Assembly: GCA_002773395.1 (NCBI GenBank) | Contig: PFBI01000006.1 | Location: 242,797-306,796, forward strand | Length of the DNA: 64,000 nucleotides | Reading direction: 5' to 3' | Origin: Candidatus Kaiserbacteria bacterium CG10_big_fil_rev_8_21_14_0_10_47_16 | GTDB taxonomy: Bacteria; Patescibacteriota; Minisyncoccia; Phycocordibacterales; UBA918 | Shown here: piece after piece, positions 8,995-19,002 of the stretch | How positions within the stretch are numbered: position 1 is the stretch's first letter | How the letters are laid out: every line of letters starts with the position of its first letter | Translations under genes and position numbers: made by a program | The notes under the pieces: model-generated | Database searches by the model: none | Seen by the model: only the letters and a program-made list of their open reading frames with translations | What the model was told of the DNA's origin: nothing

Positions 8995-9900
8995 CTACTT
9001 CTTGATCGAAAGAGCGTCACGGACTGCCTCGTACCGCCAAAGGAGATCCTGGATGACCTCAGGCGGCGGCTCTGCAGAATACGGAGGCCAACCCGACTTA
9101 TCGTATGGAGCTTTTGCTTTCGCTTCACCAAGCTCCTTAACCCAGTCAGCGCAGCACTCTTCGTACCACCTCCGAACAGGGTCCTTGTCATAGCTCCGCC
9201 CCCCCGAATCGGTGAGACGGAGCTCATCAGGAGAAATAGAGTCGGCGATAACAAACATGCCTTCCTCCGTCAGAGCACCCTCGATCTTCCCATCACAAAG
9301 ATCGAACCCGACGCTCCGGAAGAGCGTCTTGAGGTAGATGGCCGCGCGAGCCACCACCTTGTAGATATCCTGCAGCTGACCGAGAGTGAGCCCAGCAAGA
9401 CGAGCTGCCTCCTCATCAGAGACATACGTATCGGCCGCCTGGTGCTTAGTGCTGCACTCGACGAATGGGTGCTGAAAACGCATCCCCGGAACGAGGTCTT
9501 CGTCCAAAGACAGTAGGCACTCGATTGCAGCACGGTCGACCGCGCCACCTTCAACACGACTACAGAACTTCTTTGTCGCCACGAAGCGAAAAAGAAACTC
9601 CAGTGGCAACAGTCGCCCGAACGCCTGCGGATAGTAGACATCGAGCTCAGGGATGTTGAATGGCGTTACTGCAATGCGCTGTTCATCAAGGCGTTCGCGG
9701 AAGTGTGTCCTGAAATCGGCTGCATCAAGCTTCTCGAATAGAATCGCTGCAATGCTGCACCGCACTGCCCCGAGACCAGTAAACGTTACCGGGATAGGTC
9801 CTCGGTCGAAGACCGAGACGCGGTCCGAAAAGTTGAATTCCATTCCCTTTACATCGCTGTAGAAGACGTCTTTCGAAGATCCTACTCGTGATATTTGCAC
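8995..9900 (-). CDS. purC: Phosphoribosylaminoimidazole-succinocarboxamide (SAICAR) synthase
   Basis: GSSKDV, FSDRVSVFD, PLEFLFR, STK, DGKIE, ADSISPDELR, YDKDPVRRW; GTG start after GAGGAGG. Confidence 0.85.
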   Translation of the reverse strand: MQISRVGSSKDVFYSDVKGMEFNFSDRVSVFDRGPIPVTFTGLGAVRCSIAAILFEKLDAADFRTHFRERLDEQRIAVTPFNIPELDVYYPQAFGRLLPLEFLFRFVATKKFCSRVEGGAVDRAAIECLLSLDEDLVPGMRFQHPFVECSTKHQAADTYVSDEEAARLAGLTLGQLQDIYKVVARAAIYLKTLFRSVGFDLCDGKIEGALTEEGMFVIADSISPDELRLTDSGGRSYDKDPVRRWYEECCADWVKELGEAKAKAPYDKSGWPPYSAEPPPEVIQDLLWRYEAVRDALSIKK

Positions 9901-10072
9901 TGTTCCCTCCTCAGGGTTGTCACCCGACTCTTTTGAGCCAGGTGGGGGTTCATTTCCGCACGTGTTATACCTTAAAATTTCAAGAAATGCACGTTTGGTA
10001 ACCATAACGAAAAACACGGTATTTCTCCGCGGATCTTTTCTTTTATAAATGTCTGTTATACTTTTTCCTGTT

Positions 10073-10477
10073 ATGTCAAAAAAGAAACCGCCTTCAGTAA
10101 AGGTTAAGAAGTCGTCAGCAGGGCTCGGACTCTACGCGATGGAAGATATTAAGAAAGAAGCATTCATTATTGAATACATCGGCGAGAAAATTACAACCGA
10201 CGAGAGCGACCGCCGTGGCGGAAAGTACCTCTTCACGCTCAGTAAGGACTACGTCATCGATGGAAAAGGTCGCACCAATATCGCGAGATACATCAACCAT
10301 TCATGCCGTCCCAACAGCGAAGTTGAAATTGACGAAGATAAGTGGACCATTAGCGTCTACGCAAAGAAAAATATCAAGGCAGGCGACGAACTCACCTATG
10401 ACTACGGGAAAGAGTACTGGAATGAACACATCAAGCCATATGGCTGTAAATGTGCGAAATGTACTGAAAAGAAATAA
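10073..10477 (+). CDS. SET-domain lysine methyltransferase-like protein
   Basis: GLGLYA, EYIGE, ARYINHSCRPN, ELTYDYG, post-SET CKCAKC. Confidence 0.92.
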   Translation: MSKKKPPSVKVKKSSAGLGLYAMEDIKKEAFIIEYIGEKITTDESDRRGGKYLFTLSKDYVIDGKGRTNIARYINHSCRPNSEVEIDEDKWTISVYAKKNIKAGDELTYDYGKEYWNEHIKPYGCKCAKCTEKK

Positions 10478-10518
10478 AGAAATGGCCGCGTAATGCGGCT
10501 ATTTTAAAAGAAGGCCAC

Positions 10519-10536
10519 TTATCCACTCTTTCCACA
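10519..10536 (+). promoter_or_regulatory. Two DnaA-box-like 9-mers upstream of dnaB
   Basis: TTATCCACT and CTTTCCACA, each one mismatch from TTWTNCACA. Confidence 0.45.
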
Positions 10537-10597
10537 TGCGTCCCCATTTTGGGGTAAAAACCGAAAAATATGCTGCGTGATACAATGGGGATTACCT

Positions 10598-12037
10598 ATG
10601 GCGGACACGAGACAAAATATACAAAAAACAGCTTCAGCTTCGAGTCCTGAAGGGACTCGAAGCCGCCTCTTGCGTACTCCCCCGCACAACACTGACGCTG
10701 AACGCGCACTCATTGGTGCCATCATTCTCAAACCAGAAGTGATGCACGATGTATCGGTCACGGTATATCCGGAAAGTTTTTACGCAGACAAACACCGCGA
10801 AATTTTCCGCGCGATTCTCGATCTCTTTATGAAGGGAGATCCAATTGATATTCTCTCAATCACCAACAAGCTCAAGAGCCGTGAACTCCTCGAACGAACC
10901 GGCGGTGCCAGTTACCTCACCGAACTTGTGGAAACGGTCCCTGCTGCGGGTAACGGTCTCTACTACGCGGAGCTTGTACAAAACAAATCAATTCTACGCG
11001 GACTCATCAACGCAGCGAACGACATTGCAGAACTCGGCTACTCAGACCCTGAGAACGTAGAGGAAGCGATGGATACTGCGGAGAAAAAAGTCTACCAAGT
11101 CACCAACGCACCGACGACACAGAAGTTCACTCCAATTGGTTCTTCTCTCACCGAAGCGTGGCAGCGCTTTGAAGAGTTGAACTCTGGGAAAGAAGTACAC
11201 CGTGGTATTCCAACCGGATTTAAAGCGCTCGATGACTTCCTCTCAGGACTCCAACGTTCTGACCTCGTCATTCTTGCTGCACGTCCCTCTATGGGTAAGA
11301 CGACCTTCGCGCTCGACATTGCGCGCAACGCCGCGCTTCGTTATGGAAAGTCAGTGGGTATTTTCTCTCTCGAAATGAGTGACCAGCAGCTCGTCGATCG
11401 TATGCTCGCTGCAGAAGCGCAGGTGGATTCATGGAAACTCCGCACCGGAAAGCTTTCAAATGACCAAGAATACGAAGCGGTGCAGAGTGCTATGGCGCGT
11501 CTCGCGGAAGCACCGATTCACATCGATGACCAACCGGGAAACAATATTCTTAAGATGCGTTCTTCAGCGCGACGTCTCAAGAACGAGAGCGGACTCGACC
11601 TTCTCATTGTCGACTACCTTCAGCTCATGAGTCCAACGAGTACCAAGGCGAGTGATTCAATGGTGCAGCAGGTGACTGAGATTTCTCGTTCACTCAAAAT
11701 CCTCGCGCGTGAACTCGATGTACCGGTACTCGCCCTCTCACAGCTCTCGCGTGCGGTGGAACAACGTGGCGGAAAACCACGACTCTCTGACCTTCGTGAC
11801 TCTGGTTCTATTGAGCAGGATGCCGACGTGGTGATGTTCATCCACCGAGAAGACAAGATGAACAAAGACCAAGAATCAGACCGTCCAAACATTGCCGAAA
11901 TTCTTGTTGAGAAACACCGTAACGGACCAATTGGAAGTGCGGAACTCTACTTCGACAGCAAGCACGTTCGCTTCCTCAGTCTCGACACCCATCACCAAGG
12001 TATGGATTCAAATGCTTCTGCTGATGATGATTTTTAA
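10598..12037 (+). CDS. dnaB: Replicative DNA helicase
   Basis: AARPSMGKT, FSLEM, VDYLQLM, SDLRDSGSIEQDAD, KHRNGP. Confidence 0.98.
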   Translation: MADTRQNIQKTASASSPEGTRSRLLRTPPHNTDAERALIGAIILKPEVMHDVSVTVYPESFYADKHREIFRAILDLFMKGDPIDILSITNKLKSRELLERTGGASYLTELVETVPAAGNGLYYAELVQNKSILRGLINAANDIAELGYSDPENVEEAMDTAEKKVYQVTNAPTTQKFTPIGSSLTEAWQRFEELNSGKEVHRGIPTGFKALDDFLSGLQRSDLVILAARPSMGKTTFALDIARNAALRYGKSVGIFSLEMSDQQLVDRMLAAEAQVDSWKLRTGKLSNDQEYEAVQSAMARLAEAPIHIDDQPGNNILKMRSSARRLKNESGLDLLIVDYLQLMSPTSTKASDSMVQQVTEISRSLKILARELDVPVLALSQLSRAVEQRGGKPRLSDLRDSGSIEQDADVVMFIHREDKMNKDQESDRPNIAEILVEKHRNGPIGSAELYFDSKHVRFLSLDTHHQGMDSNASADDDF

Positions 12038-12046
12038 CATACGTCC

Positions 12047-12658
12047 ATGACCGCACTTGAGAAACTGATAAAACACTTTGAACGATTCCCCGGTATTGGG
12101 AGCCGCCAAGCGCGGCGTTTTGCGCATCACCTTCTCACTGAACCGAGTGAAAACGTGCAAGAACTTTCAGAACTTATCGCAGGCATTAAGTCGACGATGA
12201 CTGAGTGTAGCGAGTGTTACCGGTTCTTTGCGCGAAATGGCGGTGGAAGCGTATGTGGAATTTGCAGTGATACAATGCGCGACCGAAGTAAACTCACGGT
12301 TGTAGAGCGTGACTCTGATATTCAATCTATTGAACGCTCTGGCAGCTATGACGGGCTCTACTTTGTACTCGGCGGGACAGTTCCTCTCCTCGATTCTGAA
12401 GATAGTAAAAAGCTCCGAGGTGGAGCTTTGAAACGCATTGTCCTAGAACGCCAAGATGATCTGGAAGAAATTATTCTCGGCTTCTCGGTGAACCCCGATG
12501 GAGAAAATACCGGACGCTTTGTCGAATCAATACTGAAAGACATTCTTGCAGAGAAGACCATCAAACTTTCGCAACTCGGTCGCGGACTCTCGACTGGTTC
12601 TGAACTTGAGTATGCGGATCCCGAAACTATTAAAAACGCGCTCGAAAACCGACACTAA
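12047..12658 (+). CDS. recR: Recombination mediator RecR
   Basis: PGIG HhH motif, C4 zinc finger, Toprim domain, GSELEYAD. Confidence 0.93.
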   Translation: MTALEKLIKHFERFPGIGSRQARRFAHHLLTEPSENVQELSELIAGIKSTMTECSECYRFFARNGGGSVCGICSDTMRDRSKLTVVERDSDIQSIERSGSYDGLYFVLGGTVPLLDSEDSKKLRGGALKRIVLERQDDLEEIILGFSVNPDGENTGRFVESILKDILAEKTIKLSQLGRGLSTGSELEYADPETIKNALENRH

Positions 12659-12783
12659 AAACATCCTCCTTTACTTCATCTACTTTGTCGCGCGACGAAA
12701 AACAAAACTCATCGTACAGTGATGTACGCCTCATTTTCTTTTTCTTGCGCTTCGCGTATCTAAAGCAAAAGCGGGTGTTTTTA
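12656..12783 (+). repeat. MITE-like inverted-repeat element, family A, copy 1
   Basis: About 21-bp imperfect terminal inverted repeats; TTACTTCATCT...ATCTAAAG frame shared with the reverse complement of 13653-13780. Confidence 0.65.
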
Positions 12784-12860
12784 AGAAAATATTGAAAAAA
12801 GAAAAAGAGCGCCCCGACCGAAGTCGTTGCGCTCTTGTCTAATCGAAGAGCCGTTGATCG

Positions 12861-13532
12861 TTAGACGATCTTTAGGCTCTCCGCGTTGATGTGGAAGTTG
12901 GTTTGATTTCGACCGCCTTCTTTTGAGCGGCGGAGTGCGACATCGGCATCCTTGAAGATCATCTGCGGATCCTTTTCAGAAGCTGATGCGATTCGTACCC
13001 CGATCGAAATAGTAACTGGAACCCGGACCGTCGTGCCGTGGATAACAAACGCTCGCCCTGCGACCGCTTCGCGAACCTTCTCAGCAGCATTCCGGAATGA
13101 GTTTTTGCGGTGATCGTCGCGCATCAGAATGGCAAACTCTTCGCCTCCCCACCGCGCTACGATTGAGTCGCGGCCGAAAAACTCCGGCCGAAACTTGCTA
13201 ACGACGTACTTGATGACCTCGTCGCCGACGTCATGCCCATGAGTGTCGTTCACCGACTTGAAATAGTCGATGTCGATCAACATGAGACAAAAACGCGTAC
13301 CCATCGACTCTTCCAAGGCATCGTCAAAGACACCTCGATTCCAAAGCCCTGTGAGGACGTCACGATCGGCCCGCTCAAGAAGCTCCGCGTTTTCTTCTTC
13401 CAGAGTCTGAAGCCGGCGAAGAAGTCGTTCCACTTCCATCTCCGCAAAAATGTAGGAGCCGTCCATAGACCGGTCCCCTTCGATCCCCCAAGCACGAAGC
13501 CTGCGGTTAAGATCTTTCTTCTTTTTAGCCAC
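12861..13532 (-). CDS. Diguanylate cyclase (GGDEF domain) with N-terminal coiled coil
   Basis: DVLTGLWNR, IDIDYFKSVNDTHGHDVGD, RWGGEEF, KEGGRN; GTG start after GGAGG. Confidence 0.9.
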   Translation of the reverse strand: MAKKKKDLNRRLRAWGIEGDRSMDGSYIFAEMEVERLLRRLQTLEEENAELLERADRDVLTGLWNRGVFDDALEESMGTRFCLMLIDIDYFKSVNDTHGHDVGDEVIKYVVSKFRPEFFGRDSIVARWGGEEFAILMRDDHRKNSFRNAAEKVREAVAGRAFVIHGTTVRVPVTISIGVRIASASEKDPQMIFKDADVALRRSKEGGRNQTNFHINAESLKIV

Positions 13533-13652
13533 TGTAGTACCCTCCAAGTTTCAATGTACGTTCTCTATTATTATACCATAATATGAGTATAAAAGCAAGA
13601 CATGGCTCTACCCCACTGAAAAAGCGCCCGAGTGGGTGCTTTTTCTTGTTTG

Positions 13653-13780
13653 CTAAAACGTTCAAAATTACTTTAGATGCAAGGCGTGCGAGGAGTGGGC
13701 GACGAGGTGAACTTGTCGTTCAGTGAGTCGCCCACTCCCGAAGCACAACGCCGCAGATGAAGTAATTTTGGAGGTTTTAG
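13653..13780 (-). repeat. MITE-like inverted-repeat element, family A, copy 2
   Basis: 19/21 terminal inverted repeats and a long internal hairpin GGAGTGGGCGAC...GTCGCCCACTCC. Confidence 0.7.
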
Positions 13781-14112
13781 AGTGCGTCAATCTTTACGCG
13801 AGCGTAGTGCTGACGGTGACCAATGCGTCGGTCACGGTTGCTCTTTGCCTTGTAGCGAACGATTGTAAGCTTGATACCCTTCTTCTCCTCTTGGTATGTC
13901 GCCTTCACTGTCGCGCCCTTAATGTATGGAGTGCCAATAGTTGCATCAGAGCCGTTGTCGACAAGGAGTACTTTATCAAATTCTACCTTATCGCCTTCCT
14001 TAAGGTCGCCAGCAAGCAGCTCAACGTCAACGACGTCGCCTACTGAAACCATATATTGCTTGCCGCCAGTCTCAATAACTGCAAACTCTGTGTTTTCTGC
14101 TTTATTAGCCAT
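13777..14112 (-). CDS. rplU: 50S ribosomal protein L21
   Basis: AVIETGGKQY, GHRQ. Confidence 0.96.
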   Translation of the reverse strand: MANKAENTEFAVIETGGKQYMVSVGDVVDVELLAGDLKEGDKVEFDKVLLVDNGSDATIGTPYIKGATVKATYQEEKKGIKLTIVRYKAKSNRDRRIGHRQHYARVKIDAL

Positions 14113-14151
14113 AGTGCGCCCGATTGTACAAGAAAAGACCTAAAAGCGCAA

Positions 14152-15237
14152 CTAATCCTCCTGGACCGGTTTATCAATACTCAACTGGTCAATATCGAGG
14201 GAATCCCCCGTTATCCTCATAACGTCCTTATCTACCTTACCGAGCTCCTTGGTGGCTGCATTGTAGTGATTGACGGTCGTTGCGAGTGAGTTCCCCACCT
14301 TATTGAAATACTCCCCATACGCGTTCATGTGGCGTGTGAGCATCTCCACATTTTTCTGGATATCTTTGGCCTGTTCTTCTATCTTGAACGCCTTGAAGCC
14401 ATAGAGGACCGTCTGGAGGTACGCTGCAAAGGTCGTCGGTGACACAATGATCACATTCTTGTCTTTGTATGCGTAATCAATGAGTGAGCGTGTGTTCACC
14501 TTTATAGAACCCACTTCATTGACGAGGAGGTCGTAGTAGATTGCCTCTGCAGGAATGTACATGAATGCAAACGGAAGTGTGCCGTCCTTCGGGCGGATGT
14601 ATTGCGCTGTTTCATCGATACGCTTTTTGAGATCACTCTTGAATTCCTTTTCAAGTTCGAGTCGCACCGTTTCATCTTGTTCATCCACAAGTCTTCGGTA
14701 GTTGTCGAGGGAAAACTTCGCGTCGAGCGGGATCATTCCGTCTGGAGTGATGATGACGGCGTCCACTATCTTTTTATCATCAAACTGGTACTGGAGTTTG
14801 TATGCAGTCGGTGGCAACATATTTTCCAAAATGAGCTGGAGTGATGCCTCACCGAGATTTCCTCGTTGCTTTTGGTGCTTCAATACTTTCTCAAGATCTT
14901 TGAGACTCTCTGCAACGGTGAAGATTTGCTTCCCCGCTTCATTTGCTTCGGTGACGCCTTTCGTCACATCGGTGAGATGACGAATCATTTGTTCGTTTAC
15001 TTCCTTGATTGCTCGCTGACTCTCAGAAAACTGCGTCTTTACCGATTCATACATCTTTTCGGTACTCTCTCCCATACGTGCGTCGAGCGTGCGACGGAGC
15101 TGTTCCATCTGTTGCTGGAGCAGAAGCAGGCTCTTGCTATCATCAACCACTTTCTCGCGGCGGAAGAACGCATGGTATACCCCGACCGCAAGCGTCGCGC
15201 CGAGCAATATAACAATGAGTATCTCGAGATTATTCAT
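14152..15237 (-). CDS. rmuC: DNA recombination protein RmuC
   Basis: N-terminal TM and coiled coil, RGNLGE, DAKFSL, FMYIPAEAIY, SPTT. Confidence 0.92.
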   Translation of the reverse strand: MNNLEILIVILLGATLAVGVYHAFFRREKVVDDSKSLLLLQQQMEQLRRTLDARMGESTEKMYESVKTQFSESQRAIKEVNEQMIRHLTDVTKGVTEANEAGKQIFTVAESLKDLEKVLKHQKQRGNLGEASLQLILENMLPPTAYKLQYQFDDKKIVDAVIITPDGMIPLDAKFSLDNYRRLVDEQDETVRLELEKEFKSDLKKRIDETAQYIRPKDGTLPFAFMYIPAEAIYYDLLVNEVGSIKVNTRSLIDYAYKDKNVIIVSPTTFAAYLQTVLYGFKAFKIEEQAKDIQKNVEMLTRHMNAYGEYFNKVGNSLATTVNHYNAATKELGKVDKDVMRITGDSLDIDQLSIDKPVQED

Positions 15238-15281
15238 AGGGACCATAATACCACGAACCCATAAACCCTTACCCTGTTGCC

Positions 15282-17978
15282 TTACGCGGCGTTCCGCTTC
15301 TCAAAAAAGAACCATTTTGCTACCTCAATGACGATCATAGTAACCAGTCCATAGAGAATAGTGAGCAATACCCATGAGAGTGGGAGTGGTGTGTATGAGA
15401 GGAGCGTTTGCATAAATGGTATTGAAATTGCCACAAAAAGGAGCGCCATACTAATCACAAAGGAACCGAGGAAGAACTTGTTTGTGGTGAATGGAATACT
15501 CCAGAGCGGTACTGAAAGTGCGCGGAATGAAAATGCCATAAAGAGTGAGTCGATAGAAACTGCGAGGAACATGACACTGCGGAGCTGATCAATTGGTAGA
15601 CCTGCTGCAAGCAAGAACGCGTAGAGACCAAGGAGGAGTCCGCTCAATACCACAACGATGAGTGCGATAAACGAGAGCATGTGACGATCCAAGATACCTT
15701 CAGTGTGAATGTCGCGTGGTTTTTCTTTCATGGCGTTTTTGTCCCCCGGCTCAAACGCAAACGCAACGCTCATAAGCCCCTCTTCAATAAGGTTTGCCCA
15801 AAGGATTTGTGCAGGAACGAGTGGCATCGGCACACCCACAACGAGTGCAGCACCGATGAGCACTACTTCCGAGAGACTGGTTGAGAGGAGGTACCCCACA
15901 ATCTTCTGCAGGTTGCGCATGATGCGGCGACCTTCTTCGATAGCTGCTTGGACGATTTCAAAACTGTCATTAACGAGCACGAGATCAGAGGCTTCCTTAG
16001 CAACCTCAGTTCCTGAACCCAGTGCGATACCAATATGCGCTTTCTGAAGTGCGGGAGCATCGTTGATTCCATCACCTGTCATCGCAACGATTTCTCCGTG
16101 CTTTTGGAGAATTTGTGCAAGGCGCATCTTTTGACGTGGCAAAATACGCGCAAAGACGGGCGTCGTCTTAATAACGGTATACAACTCACTATCGCTCAGT
16201 GTTGCAATGTCCTTGCCGGTGAGCGCGATGTCGTGCGGGCGCGCGATGCCCACCGCGCGTGCAATCGTGAGGGCCGTTTCAGGATTGTCACCTGTTACAA
16301 GACGCACGTGCGCGCCCGCTTTCTGCACTGCCTCAATAGAAGCTGACACACCCTTTCGAACCGGATCATGAAACACGATAAGTCCCATGAATGTATTCCC
16401 TGCAATGAGCCCCTCGCCAGAGGCGGTAATGGTGCCGCTTGAAACCTGCCTCGTCCCCACTCCGATCACACGCTTCCCTTCTTTGGTGAGTTTTTCAATG
16501 CGCGCGGCGAATAACGCACGCTGCTCCCGCGTCATTACCACGGCGCCGCGCGCTCCCTCCACATGTGTTGCTGCTTCGAGAATATACTCTGGCGCGCCGT
16601 TAATACACATACGAAAGCCCTGTTCATCTTTAAAGACCCCCGCAGCAAAACGATTCTCTGATGAAAATGAAAGGAAGTCAGAACGTTTTGCCCGCGCACT
16701 CTCGCCCGTTGGCGCAATACCGATATCGAGCGCTGCTTCAAGAATTGCCCGCTCCATCGGTTCGCCGCGTACCACGTACGTATCGAGCGTTTCACTGATT
16801 TCATCCATGAATGCGTCTGACGCACACAGCGCAGTATCAAATATCATTCGACTCGTAACATCGTCTTTCCACTCTTCTGACGAAAGCCCGCCTTCATGTT
16901 CGCTATGAATAATGTGTGTCACTGCCATACGTCCTTCTGTCAGAGTGCCGGTCTTATCGGTAAGGACAAAAGTTGCACTTCCGAGTGTTTCCGCTGCAAG
17001 GAGATTACGGACGAGCCCTCCGCGACGAAGGAGCGCTTCCATACCGACCGCAAGCACAATCGTCACCGCAGCTGGCAATCCTTCCGGAATAGACGCCACC
17101 GCAATCGCGATTGCGGTGATGAGCATTGTACTCACACTCTCCCCGCGCAGGATTCCTAAGGCGAAAATAGCAACGACGAGCACCGCAATGACGATAAACA
17201 TCGCTCGAGAGACTCGCTTCATTTCAAACTGTAGTGGTGTTTCTACACTGAGTACGTCCTGTAGCTCATGAGAAAGTTTCCCAACTTCCGTATTATCGCC
17301 TGTTGCAACCACGACGCCGCTTCCATATCCATCAACGACGAATGTTCCTTTCCATGCCAAGTTGTTCTGCTCTGCAAGCGACGTTCCGACATCGAGGGCG
17401 TCAAGCGCTTTGGTGACCGCGAGCCATTCTCCGGTGAGCGGTGCCTCATTTATCATAAGGTGCTTCGCATCAACAAGGCGCATATCCGCAGGGACCTGCA
17501 CACCGCTTTGAAGAATAACAATATCTCCGGGCACCAATTCACCTGCAAGGATTTCGTGCCGCTTCCCTTCACGGAGCACAAACGCCATATGTACCTGTGA
17601 ATCCTCAAGCTTTTGGAATGCTCGCGAGGCACGACCCTCTTGGAACAGGCCGAGGAAGATTGCGATACAGAGCGCAAAGGTAATGACGGAACCATCCACC
17701 ACATCGCCAATAACAAACGTAATGACCGCAGCGGCGAGCAGGACGAGCGTAAGCGGGTTCATGCACTGCGCAATGAGTCGCTGCAAGAACGTGGTCCCTT
17801 TCTTCTTTGAAAACGCGTTGGCACCATACGCACTGCGACGTTCTTCAACCTCCTTCGGTGTTAAACCATCGACGTCACTGCCAAGCATAGAGAGCACACT
17901 CTGGTACGACTCTGCGTGCCAATTGCGATCTTCTGCCGTGTTGTTGGTGTTGTTCTCTAGTGATTCAAGTGCCGCCAT
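15282..17978 (-). CDS. Cation-transporting P-type ATPase (P2A-like)
   Basis: LTGE, IPEGLP, DKTGTLT, TGDN, MTGDGINDAPAL, QILWANL. Confidence 0.95.
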   Translation of the reverse strand: MAALESLENNTNNTAEDRNWHAESYQSVLSMLGSDVDGLTPKEVEERRSAYGANAFSKKKGTTFLQRLIAQCMNPLTLVLLAAAVITFVIGDVVDGSVITFALCIAIFLGLFQEGRASRAFQKLEDSQVHMAFVLREGKRHEILAGELVPGDIVILQSGVQVPADMRLVDAKHLMINEAPLTGEWLAVTKALDALDVGTSLAEQNNLAWKGTFVVDGYGSGVVVATGDNTEVGKLSHELQDVLSVETPLQFEMKRVSRAMFIVIAVLVVAIFALGILRGESVSTMLITAIAIAVASIPEGLPAAVTIVLAVGMEALLRRGGLVRNLLAAETLGSATFVLTDKTGTLTEGRMAVTHIIHSEHEGGLSSEEWKDDVTSRMIFDTALCASDAFMDEISETLDTYVVRGEPMERAILEAALDIGIAPTGESARAKRSDFLSFSSENRFAAGVFKDEQGFRMCINGAPEYILEAATHVEGARGAVVMTREQRALFAARIEKLTKEGKRVIGVGTRQVSSGTITASGEGLIAGNTFMGLIVFHDPVRKGVSASIEAVQKAGAHVRLVTGDNPETALTIARAVGIARPHDIALTGKDIATLSDSELYTVIKTTPVFARILPRQKMRLAQILQKHGEIVAMTGDGINDAPALQKAHIGIALGSGTEVAKEASDLVLVNDSFEIVQAAIEEGRRIMRNLQKIVGYLLSTSLSEVVLIGAALVVGVPMPLVPAQILWANLIEEGLMSVAFAFEPGDKNAMKEKPRDIHTEGILDRHMLSFIALIVVVLSGLLLGLYAFLLAAGLPIDQLRSVMFLAVSIDSLFMAFSFRALSVPLWSIPFTTNKFFLGSFVISMALLFVAISIPFMQTLLSYTPLPLSWVLLTILYGLVTMIVIEVAKWFFFEKRNAA

Positions 17979-18038
17979 AGCTTGTGATGCATTATTCCCT
18001 GTAGTATAACAATACGTACAGATATATTTCACCACATT

Positions 18039-18494
18039 ATGGAACTACATACACAAATTAAAGATCAACTGAAAGAGTCGCTCAAAGCAAAAGACGCGGT
18101 AAAGCTCCAAACCGTACGCAGCATGCTTACCGCCTTCACCAACGAACTCGTTGCAACAGGCAAAAAGCCAAACGAAATGCTCGATGACGCAGGCGTCCTT
18201 TCCGTTATCAAGCGTCTTGCAAAACAGCGAAAAGAATCGATCGTGCAGTACGAAGCCGCTGGTCGCCCTGAACTCGCAGCACCGGAAAAAGAAGAGCTTG
18301 TCATCCTTGAAAGTTACCTCCCTCAAATGATGAGTCGCGAGGAAATAAAGCCAATCGTGCAGGCTAAAATTGCAGAACTCGGAGTCACTGACAAGAGCAA
18401 AATGGGTATTCTCGTTGGGGCCTCTATGAAAGAGCTTGGCGGAAAGGCTGACGGTGCGGATGTAAAGGCGGTGGTTGAGGAGCTCCTCGGTTAG
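18039..18494 (+). CDS. GatB/YqeY domain protein
   Basis: KQRKESI..Y..AGR, YLPQ, MG..MKELGGKADG. Confidence 0.92.
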   Translation: MELHTQIKDQLKESLKAKDAVKLQTVRSMLTAFTNELVATGKKPNEMLDDAGVLSVIKRLAKQRKESIVQYEAAGRPELAAPEKEELVILESYLPQMMSREEIKPIVQAKIAELGVTDKSKMGILVGASMKELGGKADGADVKAVVEELLG

Positions 18495-18553
18495 GATAGG
18501 CTCTGGGGGCTCTAATTGACTCCTGTAGCCGTTTCTGGTACTCTTGGCGAACT

Positions 18554-18727
18554 ATGTCACAGGATAAACTCATAAAGCTTGTAGCCGTTGGCAACGCAGA
18601 AGGCGTTGGGAAAGGTCATATCTACTGGGCTCACAAAAACAAGCGCAAGCACGCTGATAAGAAATTTGAATTCAAGAAGTTCAACCCGATCACGCAGACA
18701 CACATGGTGTACAAGGAAAAGAAGTAA
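18554..18727 (+). CDS. rpmG: 50S ribosomal protein L33 (Cys-free form; not in ORF track)
   Basis: Hand translation MSQDKLIKL...HKNKRKHADKKFEFKKFNPITQTHMVYKEKK, 57 aa, followed by a terminator. Confidence 0.9.
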   Translation: MSQDKLIKLVAVGNAEGVGKGHIYWAHKNKRKHADKKFEFKKFNPITQTHMVYKEKK

Positions 18728-18837
18728 TCTCTCTTCAGGTACCAAAAAAGCCTCCTATACGGGGGCTTTTTTGATTTGAGAGAATAAGAAACGCCGGAAA
18801 GTCAAAAGAAGACAGACCGGACGTATTCAATTCAAGT

Positions 18838-19002
18838 TTATTTTCTAAAAGATTCGGATTGAATCTGAGATTCGGAGACCGCTGCAGCAGTTCCAAGTGT
18901 ATTGAACGTAGCAGTAAGTGCTTTGTCCAATGCAACGAAGCTTTGAGAAAATAAATGTGAGAGATACCACAAAATGAGTATCATCCCGAATGCTCGAAAC
19001 AT
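18838..19002 (-). CDS. Small hypothetical protein, 54 aa, signal-peptide-like N-terminus (not in ORF track)
   Basis: Hand translation MFRAFGMILILWYLSHLFSQSFVALDKALTATFNTLGTAAAVSESQIQSESFRK. Confidence 0.55.
   Translation of the reverse strand: MFRAFGMILILWYLSHLFSQSFVALDKALTATFNTLGTAAAVSESQIQSESFRK

Noticed and set aside
9900-10020. ZTP or purine riboswitch upstream of purC
   Set aside because: The conserved nucleotides of these riboswitches were not found; only a simple hairpin is visible.
10598-12037. Intein in DnaB
   Set aside because: Normal length and contiguous helicase motifs.
18837-18955. Another MITE (TTTATTTTCT...AGAAAATAAA inverted ends)
   Set aside because: The match is short and AT-rich and lies inside a plausible 54-aa ORF, so it is more likely chance.
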